Below are positions 1 through 11,584 of a stretch of DNA of 64,000 bases, in pieces. This DNA comes from Lingula anatina (taxonomy: Eukaryota; Animalia; Brachiopoda): the NCBI GenBank assembly GCA_051362555.1, contig CM120644.1, positions 20,978,534 through 21,042,533 on the forward strand. The letters are read 5' to 3'. Below the pieces are notes generated by a model. It searched no databases, was not told where the DNA came from, and saw only the letters and a program-made list of their open reading frames with translations. The translations under genes were made by a program, and so were the position numbers. Position 1 is the first letter of the stretch, and every line of letters begins with the position of its first letter.

Positions 1-88
1 CTGAACCACGTGTGGTGTGCGCCCATGTATGGCAGCACTGGCAAGGCCCGTGCTCACACTTGTACGATCTGAGACAAACTTGCGATCC
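1..88 (-). CDS. NEK10: NEK10 coding exon 10 (DRKFVSDRTSVSTG...), may be cut by the window edge
   Basis: TTTTCAG acceptor at 89-90, in frame with exon 9. Matches 'DRNFVSDHSS'. Confidence 0.85.
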
Positions 89-377
89 CTGAAAACAGAA
101 ACAGTTGTACCTCTTCAATTTACAGACTTTTGTCATTTAATGTAAAACAGCATTTGCTATAAAAGTTAATTTACAAGCTTATTAATCTTTTGTTGCTAAG
201 TAGGAGAGAGGGCTATAAAAATAACAAGTTAATACTACAGTTCACACTTAGCAGATCAACAATTTGGCCTTCCTTTGTTCTAAACTTCTACACAGGTCCC
301 AATCAAATGTGGCGGAACACATATTTTTTCATTTCCCCCATATAACAGTAAACAACCAGGCAGCAAAAACCACTTAC

Positions 378-599
378 TGTAACAAGGAGATGATGAGCGG
401 TATTCCTCCCATCATTCTGATGTCATCACTGGTGTCAGGGTGTTCTGCTAACTGAACCAGACACCAGACCACATTCCACAGTAGTTTGATGTTATCACTG
501 TGCAGTAGACTGAGATAGAGGGGGACACCATCATATACCTTCACCATCTCTCTCACCTGAGGATCTGCACACAGGATACGTAATAGATTAGCAGCTAAC
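378..599 (-). CDS. NEK10: NEK10 coding exon 9, armadillo-repeat region (LAANLLRILCADPQVRE...GGIPLIISLLQ)
   Basis: Lies inside ORF 374-619, with AG/GT boundaries, 222 bp. Strong resemblance to the NEK10 ARM region 'LLRLLCAEPQVKEQVKLYEGIPVLLSLLHSD'. Confidence 0.92.
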
Positions 600-918
600 C
601 TGGAATAACAATAATCCATTCAGTAAAATATATGTTAACACCACATCACTTTTCTACTTTTTGGATATGTCATGTTCATCAATCCTACTTTTTGTATTGT
701 CTAGCTAATGAAGTGTTTGTTTTCAGGACCTCTTAGAATGTTGGTTAAATGCTTCAATACACAGTTAACAAAGACCTGAACATTTCTTAAATCATTATTT
801 TGTTGAGTCTACTGAAAATTTTCAATGGACTGTTAAACTTAAAATAATAATTACTGTTCTCATTGTTAACTAAGATATTTTTTTCTATGAGTTACTGTGT
901 CTGACAAGCATCACTCAC

Positions 919-1005
919 TGTTTTGATAAGATATCATAATCCTGTAGTATTCTGTGTAAAACTTCGATGATGTTGAGCTGTCCTATCATGGACCTAGGAC
1001 CAGGA
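919..1005 (-). CDS. NEK10: NEK10 coding exon 8 (PGPRSMIGQLNIIEVLHRILQDYDILSKQ)
   Basis: TTTCAG acceptor, GTGAGT donor, 87 bp, phase 2-2. Matches 'ISELNIVENLLMILHEYDLLSKR'. Confidence 0.88.
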
Positions 1006-1385
1006 CTGAAACATGAACAATGTTATATCTTATATCAATGATGTTGAGATGTCCTATCATGGACCTAGGACCAGGACTGAAACATGAACAATGTTATATC
1101 TTATATAAATGATGTTGAGATGTCCTATCATGGACCTAGGACCAGGACTGAAACATGAACAATGTTATATCTTATATCAATGATGTTAAGCTGTCCTATC
1201 ATGGACCTAGGACCAGGACTGAAACATGAACAATGTTATATCTTATATCAATGATGTTAGGCTGTCCTATCATGGACCTAGGACCAGGACTGAAACATGA
1301 ACAATGTTATATGTTATATCAATGATGTTAAGATGTCCTATCATGGACCTAGGACCAGGACTGAAACATGAACAATGTTATATAT
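967..1385. repeat. Tandem repeat, 71 bp x 6, containing the NEK10 exon 8 acceptor and the exon's first ~38 nt
   Basis: Units start at 969, 1040, 1111, 1182, 1253 and 1324. The first unit overlaps the exon. Confidence 0.95.
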
Positions 1386-1685
1386 TACTACTGAACTAGC
1401 AGTGTGTGCAAAAACTAGATTCTTACTTCTGTAGACAGGCTTCTTTAATTGACTTTTTCTTTCTTTTTTTACATGATCAGTAATTTGAGTAAAATAAAGT
1501 TAGTACATTAAAAATTCAAATTTATTAATGTATCTTATGTAAAAAAATCAAACAAATTTTAAAATTCTGAACCAAATTCATTTCAAAGACATTTCTTATT
1601 TTTTATAACAAAGTGTTTGCAATGGTATATGTACCCAGTACAGGTTATGTGTGACTTATATATCACATGCTGTGTGTGCAAAGCC

Positions 1686-1773
1686 CCTTTGAGACAAGCT
1701 AATCAAACCCTCTCCTTACCTTTGAGACAAGCTAATCAAACCCTCTCCTTACCTTTGAGACAAGCTAATCAAA
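1686..1773. repeat. Tandem repeat, 33 bp x ~2.7, containing the NEK10 exon 7 end and donor
   Basis: cctttgagacaagctaatcaaa occurs at 1686, 1719 and 1752. Confidence 0.92.
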
Positions 1774-1900
1774 GCATGCAGTGAGCAATGTAACACGACC
1801 ACGTCGTTGGCAGAGAGGAGGAGCACCAAAGGCTTGTGGGCGCCACACGCTACCAGCCATTCTCGCTGCTCAACTACCGCAGACAACTTTTGGAATATAT
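1753..1900 (-). CDS. NEK10: NEK10 coding exon 7 (IFQKLSAVVEQREWLVACGAHKPLV...)
   Basis: AG/GT boundaries, 148 bp. Matches 'IFQKLAAVKDQREWVTTSGAHKTLV'. Confidence 0.9.
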
Positions 1901-2134
1901 CTAAAAAAATATTTTACAATTATTACTGTGAAAGAGTAAAAAATACAAGGTAAAATTTTGATGTGCTTCCACTAGTGTCTACAAATCAAAAGAATTGTGT
2001 AAAGAAACATAAGCTATTCTAATATCTCAGTAAAAGAGCACTATAAATGTCATGTGACAATCTTGACCAGAGCTTAGTATTCTGGAAGGTTCAGTCAATA
2101 AAAAACCTTCACAAACAAGCAAAGAGCTACTTAC

Positions 2135-2213
2135 TGGTCATTTCTTTGAGAATGTCCACTACAAATGGACCATCCCCATACGTCAGGTAGCTGTCTGTGG
2201 CCTTTTGGAGACG
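2135..2213 (-). CDS. NEK10: NEK10 coding exon 6 (RLQKATDSYLTYGDGPFVVDILKEMT)
   Basis: AG/GT boundaries, 79 bp, phase 0-1, in frame with both neighbours. Confidence 0.88.
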
Positions 2214-2691
2214 CTGAAATCAGAGAAATGTAATCAACTATGAACTTACTACTGGATTCTTATGCTTCAAAACTGCATGTCTCTGTGTGCCTGTTAACAA
2301 TAATGTTTAGCATATTTATGAGGGTACTGATGGTTATTTATCCACATCACAATCTGGAGCTAAGTTACTCCACACTTCCAAACACAAAACTCTTTGGTAA
2401 GCAACAATGTAAACCACTGACATTAGATTATCATCTATCTACTGAATCCAGTAAGTGTGGATTAGGATCATCTGATAATATGCTATCTGGATATCATATC
2501 TAAACACCACTATGACAACTTTCATTTTGACCCATTTTGCATAATTTTGGACAACCAAATATATTTTCACGCCAACACTGAATACCATACTTCACTAAGA
2601 TTCCATGTTTTATTTCATTTTGTACAAATGATAAGAATACCAGACCCCATAAACCAAGTATACATTTTTAGTAAAACATAAGCAGCCTTAC

Positions 2692-2818
2692 TTCAGACAG
2701 TACTTTGACAGCTCCCAGATCAAAGAATACTTTCTGGTACGTGCCATCACGCATCATAATCCGCAGGCACATGAGAACCCTGAGGATGTTTTCTGGTGGA
2801 GCATGGCCACTCCACTCG
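2692..2818 (-). CDS. NEK10: NEK10 coding exon 5 (EWSGHAPPENILRVLMCLRIMMRD...)
   Basis: AG/GT boundaries, 127 bp. Matches 'EWVNRAPSIHFLRVLICLRLLMRD'. Confidence 0.9.
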
Positions 2819-3855
2819 CTGAAAGCAAACAGACATCATTTTAGCTGTAACTAACCTCACCATCTCCAGCTACATGTAGCTACACTTGCAACCACTGGCT
2901 ATCACATGGAGAGATAATCAATGGTTTCTTATGTGTTTAGAAATGTACTTTATTTTCTTTATATGCACCAGGGATATAAAATATATATATTTATATCAAT
3001 CAAATTCTGGACCTTAGGTGGTTCACTCAAGTTCTAGAATTTGACAGATTTATAATCCTGATTCTAATTCTACCAGATGACTGCACATCCAGTGAAAACA
3101 TTCACTCAACCATCATATGCAACTTCCTATCACTCAATGTTGGTCACATTGTCACAGATAATTTGAAAATAATATATATCAAATAAATATCATCCCTTAA
3201 TTCTTCTATTTGCAACCCAATGTCAAAGCATGCCCACAGTCCCAGTGTGAGGGTATTGTGCAGATGTGTTACCTTGCTTTGTTTTCAGCTGTTCTCTGTG
3301 CCAAGGAGGCATGGACCAGTGATGTAGGAACAGCTTGGAGAAAGTGTTTTAAATGCACACACATGGAAGAACAGTATGAATCAGGTATATACCCTTCTTT
3401 AAGACATCACACAGGATGGGGGAGGGATAGGGGGAGAGATGTGTTCATTAATGCCTAGAGTTATTGTCTACCCTGCAATGAGCCTGAACCTTGCTGGAAA
3501 TAACCAACCATCAATAACCAATATTTGGTGCTATCCATCATATCTGTACATGGCATGTCCTATTATCCCTAGAACAGAATTAGACTGACGTCCACAGACA
3601 GGTAGCTATTACACAGCAGTTTATGCAGGCTAACAATAGGTCACATATATATATGAACAAGCCAATTATTTTCTCATCAATAAGAAGTTCTTGAAGTTAC
3701 TGTCAGATATTAGGTCACTTAATTTCACATGCAAATGAAACAGACCAGTTATTACTATTTGGTTGTAAATTTTCAATTTGCAAAGACAAAGATGAACAAC
3801 AGCAGATTCTGACATGGTCGCAGAATACATTATACAGAGCTTTAGTCAGCACATG

Positions 3856-3857
<2 letters not shown>

Positions 3858-3909
<52 letters not shown>
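3858..3909. repeat. (GT)n microsatellite
   Basis: Pure GT dinucleotide run of about 26 units. Confidence 0.97.
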
Positions 3910-3911
<2 letters not shown>

Positions 3912-4433
3912 GTAGGTAGGTACTCTGAAACCTACATCTAGTTGTTTTTCTTAATTTAACTCACCAGGCAATGGTTATTGACATGTTTAACATTGGGCAT
4001 AATCTTATTTTAAGGGTTATAGTAGGAGTGCAAATATTTTTTATAGTCACAGGGATCTCCCTAGGTTGAATGTCCATTGTGCCTTTTGGTCACACTCAAG
4101 AATGGAAAGTTAATAAGTGTGCCTTTTTGTGAAACTCAATGTATGCTTGGGTCACAAGATCAATTAAAATGTCACTAACAAAGTCAATATAATTTAATAA
4201 TGGCCATTGTTCGGAGCAAGACTGTGATCATGATTATATCCATTTGTGCTCATGTTTTAGCACTAAAAATAGTTAGCAGGAGTGATATTGGACCATTTTA
4301 AAGAACTTGAAACAATCATGCAACAAATCAGATAGCGTCTTATCACTTATATGAAATATTGTGCTATGATTTCACTTACAGAATGATGACATTGAAGAAA
4401 TAAGAGTAAAAGTTTGTCAAGATGATCACTTAC

Positions 4434-4532
4434 TTGTTCATAAGCCTCTGTTTCACTAGAGCTGAGAAAGTCTCAGAGAAATACTTGTGTTGAGGATGTT
4501 TGTTGTAATGTCGCTCATTTTGGTATCTCATA
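4434..4532 (-). CDS. NEK10: NEK10 coding exon 4 (MRYQNERHYNKHPQHKYFSETFSALVKQRLMN)
   Basis: AG/GT boundaries, 99 bp, phase 2-2. Matches 'YKNERNFSKHPQRKLFQEIFTALVKNRL'. Confidence 0.9.
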
Positions 4533-4797
4533 CTAAAAAGAATGAAACAATGACCTGATAAGATGAATTTTACACAAATATTTTGATTCTGTACAAACTT
4601 TACATAGTGGTAAGTTGCCTAAAAAGCAGTACTTTACCTGAACATGTTGGTTTGTACAAAGTAGTAATTTATCTACAGTGTTCTTGCAGTAGTTTATCCG
4701 AACATGTTGGTTTGTACATACTAGTAGTAGTAAATTGTCTACAGAGAACTTCCACTAGTTAACCTGAACATGTTGGTTGTACACTGTACAAAAGTAT

Positions 4798-7437
4798 GGA
4801 CTTACCTGAACTGTTCCAGGGCCAGTGTCTCTGTAGACTGGTGATATAGTGGACTTACCTGAACTGTTCCAGGGCCAGTGTCTCTGTAGACTGGTGATAT
4901 AGTGGACTTACCTGAACTGTTCCAGGGCCAGTGTCTCTGTAGACTGGTGATATAGTGGACTTACCTGAACTGTTCCAGGGCCAGTGTCTCTGTAGACTGG
5001 TGATATAGTGGACTTACCTGAACTGTTCCAGGGCCAGTGTCTCTGTAGACTGGTGATATAGTGGACTTACCTGAACTGTTCCAGGGCCAGTGTCTCTGTA
5101 GACTGGTGATATAGTGGACTTACCTGAACTGTTCCTGGGCCAGTGCCTCTGTAGACTGGTGATATAGTGGACTTACCTGAACTGTTCCAGGGCCAGTGTC
5201 TCTGTAGACTGGTGATATAGTGGACTTACCTGAACTGTTCCTGGGCCAGTGCCTCTGTAGACTGGTGATATAGTGGACTTACCTGAACTGTTCCAGGGCC
5301 AGTGCCTCTGTAGACTGGTGATATAGTGGACTTACCTGAACTGTTCCAGGGCCAGTGTCTCTGTAGACTGGTGATATAGTGGACTTACCTGAACTGTTCC
5401 TGGGCCAGTGCCTCTGTAGACTGGTGATATAGTGGACTTACCTGAACTGTTCCAGGGCCAGTGTCTCTGTAGACTGGTGATATAGTGGACTTACCTGAAC
5501 TGTTCCTGGGCCAGTGCCTCTGTAGACTGGTGATATAGTGGACTTACCTGAACTGTTCCAGGGCCAGTGTCTCTGTAGACTGGTGATATAGTGGACTTAC
5601 CTGAACTGTTCCAGGGCCAGTGCCTCTGTAGACTGGTGATATAGTGGACTTACCTGAACTGTTCCAGGGCCAGTGCCTCTGTAGACTGGTGATATAGTGG
5701 ACTTACCTGAACTGTTCCAGGGCCAGTGCCTCTGTAGACTGGTGATAAAGTGGACTTACCTGAACTGTTCCAGGGCCAGTGTCTCTGTAGACTGGTGATA
5801 TAGTGGACTTACCTGAACTGTTCCTGGGCCAGTGCCTCTGTAGACTGGTGATATAGTGGACTTACCTGAACTGTTCCAGGGCCAGTGTCTCTGTAGACTG
5901 GTGATATAGTGGACTTACCTGAACTGTTCCTGGGCCAGTGCCTCTGTAGACTGGTGATATAGTGGACTTACCTGAACTGTTCCAGGGCCAGTGCCTCTGT
6001 AGACTGGTGATATAGTGGACTTACCTGAACTGTTCCAGGGCCAGTGCCTCTGTAGACTGGTGATATAGTGGACTTACCTGAACTGTTCCAGGGCCAGTGT
6101 CTCTGTAGACTGGTGATATAGTGGACTTACCTGAACTGTTCCAGGGCCAGTGTCTCTGTAGACTGGTGATATAGTGGACTTACCTGAACTGTTCCTGGGC
6201 CAGTGCCTCTGTAGACTGGTGATATAGTGGACTTACCTGAACTGTTCCAGGGCCAGTGCCTCTGTAGACTGGTGATATAGTGGACTTACCTGAACTGTTC
6301 CAGGGCCAGTGCCTCTGTAGACTGGTGATATAGTGGACTTACCTGAACTGTTCCAGGGCCAGTGTCTCTGTAGACTGGTGATATAGTAGACTTACCTGAA
6401 CTGTTCCAGGGCCAGTGCCTCTGTTGACTGGTGATATAGTGGACTTACCTGAACTGCTCCAGGGCCAGTGTCTCTGTAGACTTTGATATAGTGGACTTAC
6501 CTGAACTGCTCCAGGGCCAGTGTCTCTGTAGACTTTGATATAGTGGACTTACCTGAACTGTTCCAGGGCCAGTGTCTCTGTAGACTGGTGATATAGTGGA
6601 CTTACCTGAACTGTTCCTGGGCCAGTGCCTCTGTAGACTGGTGATATAGTGGACTTACCTGAACTGTTCCTGGGCCAGTGCCTCTGTAGACTGGTGATAT
6701 AGTGGACTTACCTGAACTGTTCCAGGGCCAGTGCCTCTGTAGACTGGTGATATAGTGGACTTACCTGAACTGTTCCAGGGCCAGTGTCTCTGTAGACTGG
6801 TGATATAGTAGACTTACCTGAACTGTTCCAGGGCCAGTGCCTCTGTTGACTGGTGATATAGTGGACTTACCTGAACTGTTCCAGGGCCAGTGCCTCTGTA
6901 GACTGGTGATATAGTGGACTTACCTGAACTGTTCCAGGGCCAGTGCCTCTGTAGACTGGTGATATAGTGGACTTACCTGAACTGTTCCAGGGCCAGTGCC
7001 TCTGTAGACTGGTGATATAGTGGACTTACCTGAACTGTTCCAGGGCCAGTGCCTCTGTAGACTGGTGATATAGTGGACTTACCTGAACTGTTCCAGGGCC
7101 AGTGCCTCTGTAGACTGGTGATATAGTGGACTTACCTGAACTGTTCCAGGGCCAGTGCCTCTGTAGACTGGTGATAAAGTGGACTTACCTGAACTATTCC
7201 AGGGCCAGTGCCTCTGTAGACTGGTGATATAGTGGACTTACGTGAACTGTTCCAGGGCCAGTGCCTCTGTAGACTGGTGATATAGTGGACTTACCTGAAC
7301 TGTTCCAGGGTCAGTGCCTCTGTAGACTGGTGATATAGTGGACTTACCTGAACTGTTCCAGGGCCAGTGCCTCTGTAGACTGGTGATATAGTGACTTACC
7401 TGAACTGTTCCAGGGCCAGTGCCTCTGTAGACTGGTG
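4798..7437. repeat. Minisatellite, 53 bp x ~50, containing the last 38 nt of NEK10 exon 3 plus the GTAAGT donor
   Basis: Unit gacttacctgaactgttccagggccagtgYctctgtagactggtgatatagtg. The last unit runs into exon 7400-7521. Confidence 0.97.
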
Positions 7438-7521
7438 TTGATGAGCCCCACCCCGGGGCTGAGGCACTGGCCATTGCAGTGACTGGCAGGAGTTAGCACC
7501 TTCAAAATCTATGGACGGAAG
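7400..7521 (-). CDS. NEK10: NEK10 coding exon 3 (LPSIDFEG...HQSTEALALEQFS)
   Basis: TTCTAG acceptor, GTAAGT donor, 122 bp. Matches NEK10 'LPAINFD...HESTEAVELENFS'. Confidence 0.88.
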
Positions 7522-8143
7522 CTAGAATGGAAAGCTCAGGATTAGGATAAAGTAGATAAGATACATTAGTGATGAGTTTTTCTTTTTCTGCCAATCAAAT
7601 ATGATCAAGAATTAGTCATATATGAGTGATCAACAAATACCCGACTTCAAACTGAATAAAAAAGAATGATTGGAAAATATTGCTTACAAGCCTGACCTAA
7701 GGATGACCACAGAGAGGGAAAGTTGCTTTAATTGTGAAAAAACTTAAAAAAGAAAACAATTAAAACAAAATCAAAATACTACCACACCCCATATTAGAGA
7801 AGAGTGTAGTATATATACTGTATACCTTCACCATGGTGCACAGTGCACACTACATCAACACTGACAGTCTAGATCACTGCTGCTTTCTGTGCTGGCAGCT
7901 AAAGGGTTAAACATCCAATATCAGGTGATCACTTCATTTTTTCAATTATAATAACACTTGTATGAAACAACCAAGATACTCTCAAATCCAGTCAGCTGTC
8001 ATATTACCCAGATCCATAGCTAATTACATACATATAAAGACTTTGATGCACTGGACAGTCTCCCCAAACATAAAACTAGAGAGTTAAAACTAACAGAAAA
8101 CCCTGCTATTGAAACAAGACAGATGTGTACTCAATTCCCAATC

Positions 8144-8551
8144 AATAATCCACAGAATGCCAGGCTATCCCAGGGTCAATAATCCACAGAATACCAGGCT
8201 ATCCCAGGGCCTATAATCCACAGAATACCAGGCTATCCCAGGGTCAATAATCCACAGAATACCAGGCTATCCCAGGGCCTATAATCCACAGAATGCCAGG
8301 CTGTCCCAAGGCCAATAATCCACAGAATGCCAGGCTGTCCCAAGGCCAATAATTCACAGAATGCCAGGCTGTCCCAAGGCCAATAATTCACAGAATGCCA
8401 GGATGTTCCAAGGCCAATAATCCACAGAATGCCAGGCTGTCCAAAGGCCAATAATTCACAAAATGCCAGGTTGTTCCAAGGTCAATAATCCACAGAATGC
8501 TAGACTGCCCCAGGGCCTATAATCCACAGAATGCTAGACTGTCCCAGGGCC
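8144..8551. repeat. Intronic minisatellite, 34 bp x ~12
   Basis: Unit aataatccacagaatgccaggctRtcccaRggYc. Confidence 0.92.
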
Positions 8552-8681
8552 AGCTCTAGACACTTGATGTCAACCCTAACCCACTGGAAGTCTTTTTCTC
8601 AGCTGGTCTCAGTTCCATTATTTATTTCTATCTGGTCATATCAAGAGACGCCAGTGTGTTTTTCAGATATGTTGTCTCTAT

Positions 8682-8694
8682 GTTGCTAGGCAAC
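8682..8694. promoter_or_regulatory. Candidate RFX X-box (GTTGCTAGGCAAC) in a NEK10 intron
   Basis: Near-palindromic match to the RFX motif. NEK10 is a ciliary gene and RFX factors regulate ciliary genes. Motif match only. Confidence 0.35.
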
Positions 8695-9194
8695 CAACCC
8701 TCTCTGCTCCAGTGCTTTGTCTGTTAACTAGGACATACAAACGCAATTTATGTCCTAGCTGTAAACAAGTGTCAATTTTCAGGTGTCGTCTCTGCACTGA
8801 CATTGTTGGGCCAAGGTTGATGCCTTCTCAACAAAACAACACTCCCATTATATGAAACCCCTATAAACAGTCCAATTGTATACTAACTTCAATGACAACT
8901 AGACACTTAAGGTGCAATGGTTGAGGGTTTATTTGCATGAGAAGAAAAAAAGTTGTCGTTTTTTTATTGTATAGTCAGTATGTGACTAGACCTTACCTTG
9001 AATTAAACATTCAAACTGCACTACTCTGATAAAACAATGGAGTTCAATGAAGTTAGTGCACACAGAGGGTAACACTGATCACAGGTGGGAACCACACAAC
9101 AGAGAGAAATAACCAGGATCTCTCAGTATTGAAATGTACCAAAACCCCAAGATACCAGATATTATCTAAGTAGGTGATCAAAAAGGCCAATATT

Positions 9195-9403
9195 CTAATG
9201 AATTCTAACATGTGAAACCTGTATCTAATGAATTCTAACAAGTGAAACACGTTATGTTATGTTAGAACATATAAATCCCGCATCTAATGAATTCTAACAT
9301 GTGAAACCTGGTAGTGTATCTAATGAATTCTAAGAAGTGAAACTTGTATCTCATGAATTCAAACAAGTGAAACCTATATCTAATGAACTCTAAGCACTTG
9401 AAA
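9195..9403. repeat. Degenerate ~29-bp tandem repeat
   Basis: Recurring tctaatgaattctaacaWgtgaaac, about 6 copies. Confidence 0.8.
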
Positions 9404-9550
9404 CTTGTGCCTTATTCCAATGTTTTAATTCCATTACAAGGCCAGTATGTGTATGAATATTCCTACACTATCAATTCTCCCTGTCAATACGTGATCAGAG
9501 ACAGCCAGCTAAGACAGCACTGTGACTTGGGTCACCTGGGCTGCACTCAC

Positions 9551-9611
9551 CTGCTGTTTGCTGGCAGGAGTGTTGATTAGAGACAGTAGGCGGCAGAGTT
9601 CTTTGGCTTCT
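9551..9611 (-). CDS. NEK10: NEK10 coding exon 2 (EAKELCRLLSLINTPASKQQ)
   Basis: TTTCAG acceptor, GTGAGT donor, 61 bp. Matches NEK10 'LKRLRCLLNVQSSKQQ'. Confidence 0.85.
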
Positions 9612-9974
9612 CTGAAATTGTAAACAATATGTCATTATTGAAAAGACAGTCAAATGTGAAAAAAGAAAATCAGGAAATTTTACAAAATGGGTCTGTCTTA
9701 GATCACATCCTAATTCATATTCAAAACTTATTTCACTGTTGGTCTCCTGACTCACTTCTTTTAAATATAAAGCTGGTGAACTGTAGAGATAAATAGCAAT
9801 AATACAAAATATATATATATATGGTGTGTTAAAATATAGGATTGAATTGTGTTTTCATTAGTGTATTTTTCTTCATCAGACAAATGTATCCCACTGTGAA
9901 AAAAAAACCAGTGAAAACCATAAAAGAGATAAGACCAGGAAATATGCTCAGTAATCAGTCTCAGCTGGAACTAA

Positions 9975-10436
9975 GGGCTATTCACACTAGCAAGTAAACC
10001 ACAGTCCAGTGAACTCCGAATGAATCACGGTTTCTTTGCGTTTCCACTGATACCAGCAGCTCCAGCCTTTCACCAACTTCTTGTTTGGCATGTGCTATAT
10101 TGTTCTAGTTATAAAGTAATTTGATCAAAATAGCAGGAGTTCACAGGTTGCAGTGGCTGTTGTGCTGTACAAAATATTAAATTTACTTTGTACCTTTGTA
10201 TGTACTTATTTTTTTGTTATATGCCTTAGTTACGAGACACAAGCAAGTGCTATAAATACTTTGTATAATAAATGTATATACATAAGACAGCCACTTCAGA
10301 ATAAACTTTTGTTGAAGTCAGATGCCTTCTTGTCCTTCTCGTGTCTCCCTCGTAGTCCATTCACATCAGAAAAATTAACCCTGATAGGACTGAGAGCAGG
10401 CCTTAACCACGGTTAAAATTGCCAGTGTGAATGGGT
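9975..10436. mobile_element. Putative old MITE
   Basis: Imperfect terminal inverted repeats gggctattcacactagcaa / ttgccagtgtgaatgggt. Confidence 0.45.
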
Positions 10437-10748
10437 TACTAATATATTTATCTAGTAAACATGCAGAAGGCAACCACAAGCCATGAAGATAGACATGGAC
10501 CCCATGGTCGGCACTACACACCCTGTGATGGAGAGATAGCACTTTGGGTAAATGTTTTTAAAATTACTCATACATAAATTTCTGCATGATTAAGATACAG
10601 TGATGGTAACAATACAAGATCAATAATGTAAATGGTGATTGAATATTAGACAAAAGCTAAAACATTGTGGAAGCTGAATTTTATGAGAAGTAAAATGTAA
10701 AATTAGGTTGAAATAATTTAGAAATGAAATTGATTATAGATCTTTTAA

Positions 10749-10880
10749 TTAGGTGGCAGCACTTGTTTCTGTTCTTATATGGTGTGGTAGCTGATTGCAA
10801 AGAGCAGGGGCTGATATGGAGAATGTCCTGTGGCTGTAGGATTTAAGAGCTTTTTTGTCTTTGCAACAATTTGTACAGGC
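10749..10880 (-). mobile_element. CR1/L2-type LINE 3' fragment
   Basis: Translation KSYSHRTFSISAPALCNQLPHHIR resembles the 'GxRxFSxxAPxLWNxLP' C-terminus of L2/CR1 ORF2. Confidence 0.55.
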
Positions 10881-11584
10881 GGTGAGTGAATGCTCATAAG
10901 CCTTCCAAGATATGCCCTCAGTGAGTGCACAAATAAAGCATGCACTTTCATGCACTAGTAGAGGAATAGAATTATGAATGTATACTGGTTTACAAATTCA
11001 CTAAGCTGGCTGTCAAGGCATTCTACCTACACTAACTGTCAGGGTAGAATTAATCATTGCTATAGATTTATACAGTTATGAATGGGTAAATGCCACACAC
11101 ACACACCCGCATCTTACCTAAAGGGGAAATTCAAGATATTAACAAAGGCACATTTATTCATTGCACAGTTATTGCTTTGCTGATTAATTCATATCAACAA
11201 CACTAGGAGGGGAATGGCAATTTTCCAGGTAGATCCTATTTGCCTGCCTGCTGTGTTCAAGAACCTGCATAAACCCTCAGGTGTTAATTAAGGCTGTTAT
11301 CAGGGCAGTAATGTTCCTTAATGTAGGCAATACACAGGAAGAGGCACTATCCACAACAATACTGGTGATGTGCTATCACATCTTTAAGAGTGTGGTTCAT
11401 CAGAGAGTTGGTGATACTGAGACAGTTTACTAGTAGCAGGTTTTTATTTTTTCACTTTTATCCCTTTTAATATACTACTAACCTGAGCAGGTTTTTCAGT
11501 ATTCACTGTCAACCCAGAATAACAACATTGTTACATGACTCTTGGCTAATGAATTTTGCCAAAGGAGATGTGGTGTGTGCATGT

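Noticed and set aside
4798-7437. CRISPR-like regular repeat array
   Set aside because: Units are head-to-tail with no unique spacers, there are no cas genes, and the context is a eukaryotic intron. The same applies to the other arrays.
7238-7474. 78-aa ORF MASASAPG...
   Set aside because: Out-of-frame read through NEK10 exon 3 and the repeat.
8233-8451. Repetitive 72-aa ORF
   Set aside because: Translation of the 34-bp minisatellite; no link to a splice junction found.
9528-9556. Second CAG|GTGA motif 15 nt after the exon 2 donor
   Set aside because: Only 7 bp (tcacctg) is shared, too short to call a junction duplication.
10020-10091. Alternative NEK10 start exon (MPNKKLVK...)
   Set aside because: Lies inside a putative MITE with no convincing phase-2 donor. 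12231-12277 fits better.
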